Positions 41,218-52,733 of a stretch of 64,000 bases of DNA are shown here, piece after piece. The stretch comes from Hypanus sabinus (lineage: Eukaryota). Both the position numbers and the translations under genes were made by a program. The stretch lies in assembly GCF_030144855.1 (NCBI RefSeq), contig NC_082723.1, positions 25,916,001 through 25,980,000 on the forward strand. Direction: 5' to 3'. Each line of letters opens with the position of its first letter. Within the stretch, counting starts at the first letter, position 1. The notes under the pieces were generated by a model. The model had not been told where the DNA came from. It searched no databases and saw only the letters and a program-made list of their open reading frames with translations.

Positions 41218-41292
41218 ATGGCGCCTCTGGACCTGGACAAGTATGTGGAGATAGCACGGCAGTGCAAGTATCTCCCGGAAAATGACCTGAAG
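41218..41292 (+). CDS. PPP6C: PPP6C exon 1
   Basis: [25 protein letters not shown], donor GTAACG. Confidence 0.96.
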
Positions 41293-44200
41293 GTAACGAG
41301 TTGTGCATTTCCTCCTCCTCTAACTCCACGCCCGCCTTCCTGGTCGGCCGTGCTAGCCTTTGGCTGGCGGATGAACTCGTGCGAGCTGTCAAATTGGGGC
41401 TCTGCCTTATATCTGGGGCCCTGTGCGGTTGCTCTGAGCTCTTTTTTCATTAGGAGAATGAGGGCAGCCGGCTCACCGCGTCGACCATTAGTCGTGGCCC
41501 TGGACTTATCCCAGATTTTAAAAAAGCATTGCAAAAACACCGCCCATCCTCACTGGTCGAGGGTACCGCCAATGAGCGGCTCCTCCGTCTAAACTAGCGT
41601 CTCTGAAGACAACAGGAAGTCATGATCGCGATAGTTAAATTTGTGTGTTGTCTGCTGGTGGCAAAGATTTAAGGAGGGATGCCGTTTTTTTTAAAAAAAG
41701 TTTGATTGCTTGGAGTTAGCCGGAAGAACCTTTTCGAGCTTTTCTTTCCTCTGCAAACAAGAGGCGTTCACTCTTGTTTTCGATTACTTTCTGAATTGGA
41801 TCGAGTTTGCATCCAGACAGAAGTTGGATTAATGTTTAATGTTTGGAATGCGTTCAAGTTTGATTTGTGATTATCTTCTACATCTTCAGAAACGTTGTCG
41901 GAGGGGATTCTTACTAATTTAAAAATAACACTGGATGATTTAAAATTGTTCAAGGATAGGGGACATAATTGTCTCTTTTACTCAACATGGTAGAATATAT
42001 CAAAGTCATTCAAGCTGAGAGGTAGCATCTACTAACTTATTGCATTGGCATGTTTCAATAACTAGTTTTGCCAAAGTGCTTGCACTTGGATTATTCTCTG
42101 TGGACGTATTACACATAGCTTCTGGGAAGATAAATAGGTATATTTCAATTTATAGATACAAGAAATCAGCCAATCTTTTTGGCTATTTTCCTAAATATCT
42201 CTCTGGGTGGATGATAACATGGAGCATTTCATGATACTTAGTCATTTCCTTAGGATAATACTAGGCATATAATAACACTAACCTATGTAATCTAATTCTG
42301 GTTGAAGACATCTTCTATACATGCACACAACACAGGTACGTTTTCTTATTTTACTTTCATTGGATCACCATTCACTAACCAAGAAAACAAAGCAATAACA
42401 AATTTGTCAAAATTTACTTGTTTTTTGGTAACAAGCACAAAGTCCTATGAATTAGTCTTTGTGCTTAATGACATTCACTTAAATTTATGAGATTCCAGTA
42501 ACTATTCCTGATAGCCATATGTAGCTCATGGCTAGTTGTAGCATAACATTTCACAGTGGTTCTTTTGGCTTAACTAATTAAGTGCCAACTCTTTGAAAGT
42601 GCATTCCAAATATTTTGCCATATTCTTGCAATGTTGTGCAAGTCTGGTACAGGTTCTGAGAAAGCTACAGAAAGTTGTAAACTAAGCTAGCTCTGTCATG
42701 GGCAGTGGCCTCCCCAGCATTAAGAACACCTTCAATAGGTGATTCCCCCATTAACGCCATCAAGGAGGAGGTACAGGAGCCTGAAGACACACACTCAATG
42801 TTTCAGTAGCAGCTACTTCCCCCTCAGTCATCAGATTTCTGAATGGACAATAAACGAATCACCACTATGTCACTTTCCTTTTTTTGCCATTTTTTCACAA
42901 CATGCCAGTGAACCTGATTCTGATTATTTATTCAGTTGTTTTCTATTGAGGCTGAATCAATTACTTCATTATTACTTGACCCATGTGTATAGAGGAAATG
43001 TTTTCCTTGTTATTTCTGGTTCTTAATCCAATTAGTTCATAGTGTATTGAATGTGGTTAATGATCATTCAGTGAGTAGAAATCTTAAATTGTTTTTCACG
43101 TCCTTATTTTAATATACAAATACTTCAATCATATTGCTTCCAGGACTCTTGAGAAACACACCAGTTATTCCATTAACTTAACAATAATCCCTCATTCCTG
43201 TACACATACTTGAAAGAGTCTTTGTAATTTTTCAAAGCCTTCATATCCTTTCTGAAGTACATGGCTAGAATTGTAATGGTGAGTCTGGGGCTTTAGAACA
43301 GAGATGAGGAATTTCTGTTGCCAGAGGGTGGTGAATCTGTGGAATTTGTTGCTGCAGACAGCTATGGAGGTCCAGTCATTGGCTATATTTAAAGTGGAGT
43401 TTGATAGATTCTTGATTAGTCAGGGCATCAAAGGTTATGGGAAGAAGATGGGAGAATGAGGTTGAGAACGATAATAAATCAGCCATAATTGAATGGTCTT
43501 GCAATCTTACACTCTACCGTTGCAATAATTTGCTCCTCTGCACCTGTGATTCAAATAATTTGTTCATGATCCTAGTGTAGAAATTGTGTTTTGTACAAAG
43601 TTGGAGGAATTTAGTTTTAAAGTAATGTCCTTTGGTAGTTTGAGGATTTTATTTTTTTAAGTGAAGTTTGTCTATTCATCTGCTGTTTTTGGGTCTTGTA
43701 TTGTGATCTGTGAGTCGGAATATAGTGTGGTCAAGTGTAAAGGTAATGAGTCATTCCATATCAGTTATTACAAACTCCATTCAACAACAGTGGCTTGTGT
43801 TTGTATTTTGCCTTTTTAAAGCAGCAAGATATTCCAAGGAATTTCAGTGTCATCATCAAACAGAATTTAACATTGGGTCACAAGGAGATTTTGGAAACCA
43901 AGGATTTAATCGAGCATGGGATCTAAAGTTTGCCACAGAGGAGAGAAACGAGGAGCTTTTTGAATAGATTTCTAGAGCTCGAGGCATTGCTACTGTTGTG
44001 GAGACATTAACCTTGGAAGTGAAAATAAATTCATCATTGGGCTTTAGGGGTGAGTGGGGACATTGATTTTTTTTTAGAGGTTTATAAAATCAAGGAATAT
44101 AGTTTTTTTTCCTTTGAGGGCACAGGCCTCAGGTGAGAGGGAAGAAATTTAAGGTGGTCTGAAGAGAAAGTTTTCAACACCGGATGGTGAATAGCTGGAA

Positions 44201-47200
44201 TATGCTGCCAGTGTGTTTGGTAGAGTTTAAAAGGCACTTGGGCAGGCAGGAAATACACAGATATGGACTTCATGCAGGCATATGGCACCACAAAATTGTA
44301 GTGGTTAGCATGACACTCTTGCAGCTTGGGGCTTTTCAGAATTTAGTTCCAGCACCATTCTGTAAGGAGTCTGTGTCCCCTGTAAAATGCATGGTTTTTT
44401 CCTGAGTGCTCCAGTTTCCTCCCCAGTCCAAAGAAGTGCAGGGAAGATTGGTCATTGTAAATTGTTCTTTGATTAGTCTAGGATTGGTTGGGGTTGTAGG
44501 GATGCTGGGGTGGCGTGGCTGGAAGAGCTACTCCGTGCTGTATTGCTAAATAAATAAAATGGATCAGCATCACAGTCGGCATGGACGAGGTGGGTCAAAA
44601 TGCCGGTTTCTCTGCTGTGCAATTCCTTGGTAGCTTAGGTGGCCAACGTAGAATTGGATGACCGGAGGTTAGAGATGGGGTGGGATGAGCATGGAACAAG
44701 AAGGAGAATGTTTAAATCATAATGTTTCTTAAAGGGAATCATTTATTTAGGGACATTAGAAGGCTGTAGTTCAAGCCCTGCCCCTGCTGATCTTTTAAGA
44801 AGTCCACAAATTGTCTTAAGTGAGCATCTAAGGATAGTTGTGGTTAGAGTCTCAAACTACTGTTTTTAATCATTTCTAAAGAAAATGTGTATTGACTTTA
44901 CAACTTGTATGTGTGATCCACACCTTTAATGGAGTGAGACTCCCAACGCTTAAATTTAAATTGAATAGTGACTATGGGAGCTTATAATTTCCTTGGAAGC
45001 TAGTGATACCAACTTTAATTAATTTTTTTCAGCGACTCTGCGACTACGTATGTGACTTGCTTTTGGAAGAGTCTAATGTCCAGCCAGTGTCTACACCTGT
45101 CACAGTCTGTGGGGACATACATGGGCAGGTAAATTTTACATTGTTTGAAGATTAAACCTTCCTTGAAGTTAGTTCTTCCAGACTTTGTTAAATCAGAAAT
45201 GCATAGTTGCTTAATAATTGTTATCCTTTAATATCTGATTTCAAATGCCATTTGAGTCTGTTTGTTTTTCATTGTGGATTTGACAGCAATGACCAAAGAT
45301 TCGAGTACAACCTTGTTTTTTAAATAGCTAAAACCCACTTGTAATCCCACTTTAAATAACTTTACATAACTAAAGTGATTTCTATCACCCCATTTCAAAT
45401 ATTGTGTGTTTATCATGGAAAAAAATTACTTCTTGGGAGTGAGATGATTCTCATGTTGCAATGAGTAAGGATGTCAAAGATTATGGGGAGAAGGCAGGAT
45501 TGATAGGGATAATAAATCAGCAATGATGGAATGGTGAAGGAGACTTGATGGACTGAATGGCCTAATTCTACTCTTACGTCTTGTGGTTTCCCATTTTAGG
45601 GTCTGTATGTTCCAGAAGAGTTCATGCACTTCCTCATTGGGACAATTTTCCACAACTCCAAAAAGGATTTTGAGCTTTTTTTTCTCTCCTCACTTTATTC
45701 CTTTATGCCATTTATACAGGGATACAAGTGTGCAGTACACAACTTGTTAACAATAAATGATTTTCTCAGTATTTCACAACACAAATTGTACCTCTGTGCA
45801 TTCTTGCATGTGGTTTTCAATGGAATAACCAATGTTCTATGTAGTCATTGGGGCTACTTCAGTAGACATCTAATGAGACTAGTTGTGTATTAAATGCTTA
45901 CTAGTATTCTAGTGAATATGCTGTAAGTATTCCCTTGTCCATTTCCCCCCTCTCCTCCCCAGCATTTATCCCTGCAAGCAGCCAAAGAGCTACACCTGCT
46001 CATTCACTTCCATTCAGGGCCCCAAGCTGTCCTTTCATGTGAGGCAATACTTCACCTGTGAATCTGCTGGGGTTGTCAACAACGTCCAGTGTTCTCAATG
46101 CAGCCTGCTGTACGTTAGAGAGACCCATCATAAATTTGGGGAGGGGGGAGAGCACTTCATCGAGCACCTCCACTCCACCTGCCAAAAGCAGAACATTTTA
46201 ATTTTGATTCCCATTGCAGTTCAACATGTCAGTCCATGGCCTCCTGTTGTGTCTCACTGAAGCCACCCTTGGGGTGGAGGGGCAACGCCTTGTGTTCCTT
46301 CTGGGTAGCCTCCAACCTGATGTTATGAAAATTGGTTTTCTAGTTTAAAAATATTCCCCTCCCTGTCCCCATTTCTCCACTCAGGTGTGTTTCCATCTTC
46401 TTACCTGCCTTTCTCCTCTCTCACCAACTACCCCCCCCCCCCACTTCCCTTACTTCTTTGGTCTACTCTCCTCTCCTATCAGATTCCTTCCTCTTCAGAC
46501 CTTAATTTTTCCTACCCACCTGGTTTCACTGCTGTCTTTCTAGCTCCCCTCTCTTACCCGTAATTCTCATGTTTGAGTATTTTCAGATGTGAGAAGCTAA
46601 AATTAAACAGCACACAATAAGTGCTCAATAAACACAGCAAGTCAGACAACATTATGAATGAGAATAAAAAGTCAAAGTCTTGAACTGAGACCTTTCATCA
46701 GGACTGGAAAGGGGAAGAAAGTGGGGGTGGAGAAGATGTTAGATGAAACCAGGTGAGGGGGAAGGTGGGTGTGTGGTGGGGAGGGTCTGAAATAAGAAGC
46801 TGGGAGGGCATAGGTGGAAGAGGTAAAGGATTGATGAAGTAATAGCCATAACAGTGGACCATGGATAAAAGAGAAGGAGGAAGGTGAGAAGGGATAAGAG
46901 GGGAGTCAAAAAGGAGAATGGACAAAGTGCACAGTTGATGTGTGCACAGTTAATAATTTGAGTATTTGGTATTGTGAAGGTTCTGCATGAAGAAATGATG
47001 TACATAACCTAAGTTCACTGTATATCCAATAGTTTGCTTTACAAATAAACTTTCTGTTTGTAATGTACAAAATATCCAAGCCCTAAACTGACAGATGTAT
47101 TCTAAATGTTTTTATAGTTTTATGACTTGGGTGAGCTGTTTAGAACTGGAGGACAAGTTCCTGACACAAATTATATTTTCATGGTAAGTATGTAAATTCC

Positions 47201-50200
47201 TTGAGTTTTGATTCAGTTGCAAATCTGACTTGGGTTAATTCTGTATGTTACAAAATTGGTACAGTAATGTGTTCATGCAGACGACGACTTTATGAACTGA
47301 GAGAACAAATGTATTGACACAGAAGAAAAAAAGCCCATGTGATGTGTATCTGAGCATCAAAAGTGAAGATCCAGCGACTGTCTTGTGAAAACAAAATATT
47401 ATCTGGACTTGTATTCTGAAATAAATAGAAAAAGCTCAAAATGTTGGGTTGAACATTTATAGAGAGAAAAATGAATCTTTTATTGTACCTCCAACCAAGC
47501 TGCATAACCTAAATAATTCCAGTATTTTATATTCACTTGAATTATGGACTTAAGGTGTGTTATGTTCGGTATAAGAGCTGCCTAACAATATTATACAATA
47601 ATATTTGTATTAGGAGCACTATTAGTTGTTCTATTCCCAACTTTTTCCATTGTCACGTGGGTTAAAAGATTTGCATCAATACTTTTAAGTTCAATGTAAC
47701 ATTAACATCTTTGCCATTTTAAAATAGGGTGACTTTGTGGACAGAGGGTATTACAGTCTTGAAACTTTTACCTACCTCCTCGCATTGAAGGCAAAATGGC
47801 CTGATCGCATTACACTCCTCAGAGGAAATCATGAAAGCAGGCAGATTACTCAAGTCTACGGGTTCTATGGTAATTAATTATCACCTACTTTAGAATTGTA
47901 AAGTTTTGAAGCAATTACCTTCCCTGCTGGGGACAAGGAAATCCTTCATCAATCTTTTTGTCAAATTCAGTATTTTGCATGTTCCAAAAAAAACTGAAGC
48001 TGGTTTACTTTAACAGATGAATGTCAAACAAAATATGGAAATGCTAATGCTTGGCGGTACTGTACCAAAGTCTTCGACATGCTCACAGTAGCAGCTGTAA
48101 GTATATACTTGTTTTGTGATGTCCAACAGCCATAACTCCATGGAAGTTCAATGCAATGTTAACATCCCTGTAAAACAGGCTTGTTAACACTAGGGGTCAC
48201 TGCTTGGCATGAGGAGCTAAAATTGCTGGAATTTATGTTGAACATGGAATCATAGAAAACCTACAGCACAATACAGGCCCTTCAGCCCACAAAGCTGTGC
48301 TAAACATGTCCTTACCTTAGAACTACCTGGGCTTACCCATAGCCCTCTATTTTTCTAAGCTCCATGTACCTATCCAGGAGTCTCTTAAAATACCCTATTG
48401 TTACCGCTGCCATCGGCAGCCCATTCCACACACTCACCACTCTTTGCATTTTTCGTTTTTTTTTTAAACTTACCCCGATATCTCCTCTGTACCTACTTTC
48501 AAGCACCTTAAAACCATGCCCTCTCATGCTAGCCATTTCAGCCCTGGGGAAAAACCCTCTGACTATCCACACGATCGATGTGCCTCTCATTATCTTGTTC
48601 AGCTCTATCAGGTCCCCTTTAATCCTCCGTTGCTCCAAGGAGAAAAGGCCAAGTTCACTCAATCTATTCTCCTAAAGCATAATCCCTGTTAATCTCCTCT
48701 GTACCCTTTCTATGGTTTCCATATCCTTCCTGGAGTAAGGCAGCCGGAATTGAGCACAGTACTCCAAGTGGGGTCTGACCAGGGTCCTATATAGCTGCAA
48801 CATTACTTCTCGGCTCTTAAACTCAATCCCATGGTTGATGAAGGCCAATGCACCATATGCCTTCTTAACCAAGGAGTCAACCTGCAAAGCCAGAACACTG
48901 TTCAATTATTCTGGCAAAGTGCTTAGTATGGTATAGAACAGCCCTTTGGCCCACAGTGGCGAGGGGGTTCAAAAGTTGCCTTATGCTAAATGTATTTGTT
49001 GCTTTAGTAGCTTGCCTTTGAAATTTTTGCCCTGCCACACAATGAAATTGTGGTTCAATTGTTTCTTTTCTGCTCAATAATAATTAAATTACTCCAGTTC
49101 ATAATGCTGAATCCTTAATAGTTTGTGTGTGGTTTGAAGATGCGGTAATAAAATACTGTACAATTACAACTACCACATATTTAGAACTGCAATACCAGTA
49201 ATCTTCAGTTAAAATTTTGAGTTCCCTCCTGTAACAGGAGTATGTGCCTTCATTACTCTATATTTTAGAATCAGGTTTATTATCACTGGCATGTGTCATT
49301 AAATTTGTTAACTTAGCAGCAGTTCAATGCAATAGATAATATTGAAGAAAGAAAAGATAATGAATAGATAAGTAGATCAATTGCAGTATACATATGTTGA
49401 ATAGATTTTAAATCGTGCAAAAAATAAACATAATATATACTTTAAAAAGTGAGGTAGTGTTCAAGGGTTCAATGTCCATTTAGGACTTGGATGGCAGAAG
49501 GGAAAGACACTGTTCCTGAATCACTGAGTGTGTGCCTTGAGGCTTCTGTACCTCCTACCTGATGGTAAAGGTGAGAAAAGGGTATGCCCTGGGTACTGAA
49601 GGTCCTCAATAATGGATACTGCCTTTCTGAGACACCACTCTTCATGTCCTGGGTACTTTATAGGCTAATACCCAAGATGGAGCTAATTAAATTTCCAACT
49701 ATCTGCAGCTTGTTTCAGTCCCCCCCCACTCCCATACCAGACAGAGATGCAGCTTGTCAGAATTCTCTCCACGGTACATCTATGGAAGTTTTTGGGTGTA
49801 TTTGTTGACACACCAAATCTTTTCAAACTCCTAATGAAGTATAGCTGCTGTCTTGCATTCCTTACAACTGCATTGGTATGTTGGGACCAGGTTAGATCCT
49901 CAGAGATCTTGACACTGCTCACTCTCTCCACTTCTGATCCCTCCATGAGGATTGATATGTGTTCCTTCGTCTTACTCCTCCCGAAGTCCGCAAACAGCTC
50001 TTTCTTCTTACTTACATTGAGTGCCAGGTTGTTGCTGCGGCACCATTCCACTAGTTGGCAGATCTCACTCCTGTATGTCTTCTCTTCACCATCTGAGATT
50101 CTACCAATGATGGTGTTATTGTCAGCAAATTTATAGATGGTATTTGAGCTATACCTGACTTCATCCCCAGCCCTAGTATTTCTTGCACATTAATGCCTAT

Positions 50201-52596
50201 ACTGGGTTTCCCTCCATAAAATACTTTACACTTGTGTACTCAGAAATCTTCCTGTATTTCAGATTGTTTTTATTTCTTTCCTTGGCACAATATACATGTT
50301 TTTCCGCTCCCGTCCCTTGAGCGTCTTGGAATGCTTTTCTATGTTAAAGGCATTATATAATGCAAGTTGTTTTTGATGAGACTCTGGAGGCTTGTGAGAG
50401 ACAAGTTTAGTAGCCTGATTTAAGAGGATATTGTGTGGCCTTAGTAGGTTGATTAAATATGTTGTTCTGCTTGTGAAAAGGAGATTGGAAATGATAAAAC
50501 CTGTGGCTCTCTTTCAAATCTACTATTTTGTATACACGTGCAAAAATATAAATGATTGTTGTTGGATGCCCGTTGCAAAATCACAATTGGATAACGTAGA
50601 TTATTTGGCAAAGAATGAACTTTTTGATAAATTTTCTGCACTACTGAAGTATAATAAAAAGGGTGGCAGGCAGGTCACCAATGGAGGAGGAGGAGGAGGA
50701 GGATGGAGGAGGCTGTGCACTTTTGTTAGGAATACCAGATATGGGACTTGGCTTTCAATGAGGAAAATGCTTAAGAATGTGGCTAAATCAAAAAGACTGA
50801 ATGTATAGTTGTTTGCTAAAACATTATTTGCAATGTATACCAAAACAAAATCAGACAACTTATAAACATGAGAAAATCTGCAGATGCTGGAAATTCAAGC
50901 AATACATACAAAACTCTGGTGGAATGCAGCAGACCAGGAAGCATCTATAGGAAGAAGTACAGTCGACATATCGAGCTGAGACCTCTCGGTATGATACGTC
51001 AACTGTATTTCCTATCGATGCTGCCTGGCCTGCTGCGTTCCACCAGCATTTTGTGTGTGTGTGTTGCAGATAACTTGTAAAATTGGTTAGGTTACAGTTA
51101 TTGTTATGCCCAGTTTTGGGCATTTTGTAATAGATAAGCATTCTGAGTCAAACTAAACCTTCAATTGCTTTGAGCCATTTTAATTTGCCACATCAGGAAA
51201 GGTAGAGATTTAATGAGCTTTTAAAAAATATTTGGTCTGATATTTGAAGCGAAAGGTGATTCAGGACTGGGGAAAGGCTGGGAGAGGAGTGAATGAGACT
51301 ATTTTTCATTCCTATAAGGAATTTCTACAGATTCCATGAACCCAGTGGCCTTATTGGATGGTTGAGGTTTTACAGGTAAACGGATCTTGGGAGCAAACTA
51401 ACTCAGTCAATTTGTGTTTTTCTATCCCAGTTGATAGATGAACAAATATTGTGTGTGCATGGTGGACTTTCTCCTGATATCAAAACTCTAGATCAAATTC
51501 GAACCATTGAGCGCAACCAGGAGATCCCACATAAAGGAGCCTTCTGTGATCTAGTGTGGTCAGATCCTGAAGATGTGGATACCTGGGCTATCAGCCCTCG
51601 AGGAGCAGGCTGGCTCTTTGGGGCAAAAGTTACCAATGAGGTAAGCTGTCAGACCACACAACTCAAAGTGCTTCTGTGTTGATGAGTTGAGGAATTATTT
51701 TAGGTGGTAATGGGATACTAGTTTCTCTTTATATTTAAAACGACTGGTATTGTCACATTTGACCAAGATACTTTTATATTTTTGTATTTTAATGTTCCAC
51801 AATGTCATATTTTGTTTATCTCTGACTTTGTGTGGTTCCTTTTTGATGATACCAGCATTATTTTGGTGACTTGGATTTTGAATTTGGAAGACTGGCCATT
51901 TGGGGGGGGGGGGGGGGAAGTATGAAGTTATTAAGTTTTACAAAATTATTTGTATGGCACTTTTATTTAGAATGATGGGAAAAAAACTGCTGGACAGTGA
52001 TTTGTTTTACACTGCCCTTTGCCATTTTTTTTACCCCATCTTGAGGTTGTAAGTTATGCATACACTTACTGTCATTCTGGATGAGACATTAGCTTTAATT
52101 AGACTTTTGGGTGATATATGTAGGGTACATGTTTAAAAAAAAAATCTCTCCTGCTCAATGTCCCATGAGCATGATGTTGACCTGCATGCACCTCAGTCCA
52201 AGTTTTCCTTTCGTTCCAGGTTCATTAAGTAAGGAGTTCACAATTTAACCTTTTTCTCAATTGTATGTGTCAGTCATATTTAATCCAGGTATGGGAAAAC
52301 TTCTAAGATTTTAATTCTTTTTTTTGGGTAACCTTTTTGTTTTGTAGTTTGTCCATATCAACAACTTGAAACTAATCTGTCGAGCGCATCAACTAGTTCA
52401 TGAAGGATATAAATTCATGTTTGATGAAAAGTTGGTGACTGTATGGTCTGCTCCAAACTATTGCTACCGCTGTGGAAATATTGCATCAATCATGGTCTTC
52501 AACAATGTAAACTCAAGGGAACCAAAGTTATTTCGGGCAGTTCCAGACTCGGAGCGTGTAATTCCACCAAGAACAACAACACCCTATTTCCTTTAA
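41218..52596 (+). CDS. PPP6C: Serine/threonine protein phosphatase 6 catalytic subunit, 7 exons, 305 aa
   Basis: Exons 41218-41292, 45033-45128, 47118-47183, 47728-47869, 48017-48096, 51431-51640, 52348-52596 (918 nt). PPP motifs GDIHGQ, GDFVDRG, RGNHE, SAPNYC; N-terminus [11 protein letters not shown] and C-terminus TTTPYFL are PP6-specific. Confidence 0.98.
42640..42925 (+). mobile_element. Rex1/Babar 3' fragment
   Basis: [23 protein letters not shown]. Confidence 0.7.
43290..43500 (+). mobile_element. CR1 3' fragment
   Basis: [19 protein letters not shown]. Confidence 0.75.
44282..44558 (+). mobile_element. tRNA-derived V-SINE (tail type A)
   Basis: Head, V-domain and CCGTGCTGTATTGCTAAATAAATAAA end. 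Confidence 0.7.
45033..45128 (+). CDS. PPP6C: PPP6C exon 2
   Basis: [32 protein letters not shown]. Confidence 0.97.
45940..46560 (+). mobile_element. Penelope-like GIY-YIG endonuclease fragment and 3' tract
   Basis: [31 protein letters not shown] (decayed GIY-YIG). Confidence 0.8.
46600..46925 (-). mobile_element. Penelope-like terminal repeat with hammerhead core remnant
   Basis: Minus strand CCAGTCCTGATGAAAGGTCTCAGTTCAAGAC. Confidence 0.7.
47118..47183 (+). CDS. PPP6C: PPP6C exon 3
   Basis: [22 protein letters not shown]. Confidence 0.96.
47728..47869 (+). CDS. PPP6C: PPP6C exon 4
   Basis: [47 protein letters not shown]. Confidence 0.97.
48017..48096 (+). CDS. PPP6C: PPP6C exon 5
   Basis: [27 protein letters not shown]. 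Confidence 0.97.
48250..48890 (-). mobile_element. CR1 3' fragment
   Basis: [27 protein letters not shown]; [17 protein letters not shown]. Confidence 0.9.
49267..50150 (-). mobile_element. Rex1/Babar 3' fragment
   Basis: [49 protein letters not shown]. Confidence 0.88.
50867..51066. mobile_element. Palindromic dimer of the Penelope-terminal unit
   Basis: Inverted arms meet at ~50983; flanked by CAGA(C/T)AACTT(A/G)TAAA. Confidence 0.8.
51431..51640 (+). CDS. PPP6C: PPP6C exon 6
   Basis: [24 protein letters not shown]...[13 protein letters not shown]. Confidence 0.97.
52348..52596 (+). CDS. PPP6C: PPP6C exon 7
   Basis: [22 protein letters not shown]...[11 protein letters not shown]...PRTTTPYFL*. 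Confidence 0.97.
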   Translation, partial: FVHINNLKLICRAHQLVHEGYKFMFDEKLVTVWSAPNYCYRCGNIASIMVFNNVNSREPKLFRAVPDSERVIPPRTTTPYFL

Positions 52597-52727
52597 AATA
52601 TATTTTGTTTTGGTCAGTTTTTTTTTCTTAATACAGTGTGCACAATGGACTGTAAACATTGTGTTGTGTAGACAGGATTCAAGATGTAGAATTTCAACCA
52701 TTCTATCAAATTTTAAATGCTACATTG

Positions 52728-52733
52728 AATAAA
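52728..52733 (+). terminator. Proximal PPP6C polyadenylation signal candidate
   Basis: AATAAA ~130 nt after the stop; another near 52909. Confidence 0.5.

Noticed and set aside
41293-41592. Continuation of the 124-aa ORF past PPP6C exon 1
   Set aside because: Homology ends at the GT donor (41293); the rest is intron read-through.
51902-51916. Poly-G run (also (GGA)n near 50683 and poly-C near 19084)
   Set aside because: Simple repeats; G-quadruplex potential alone does not show function.
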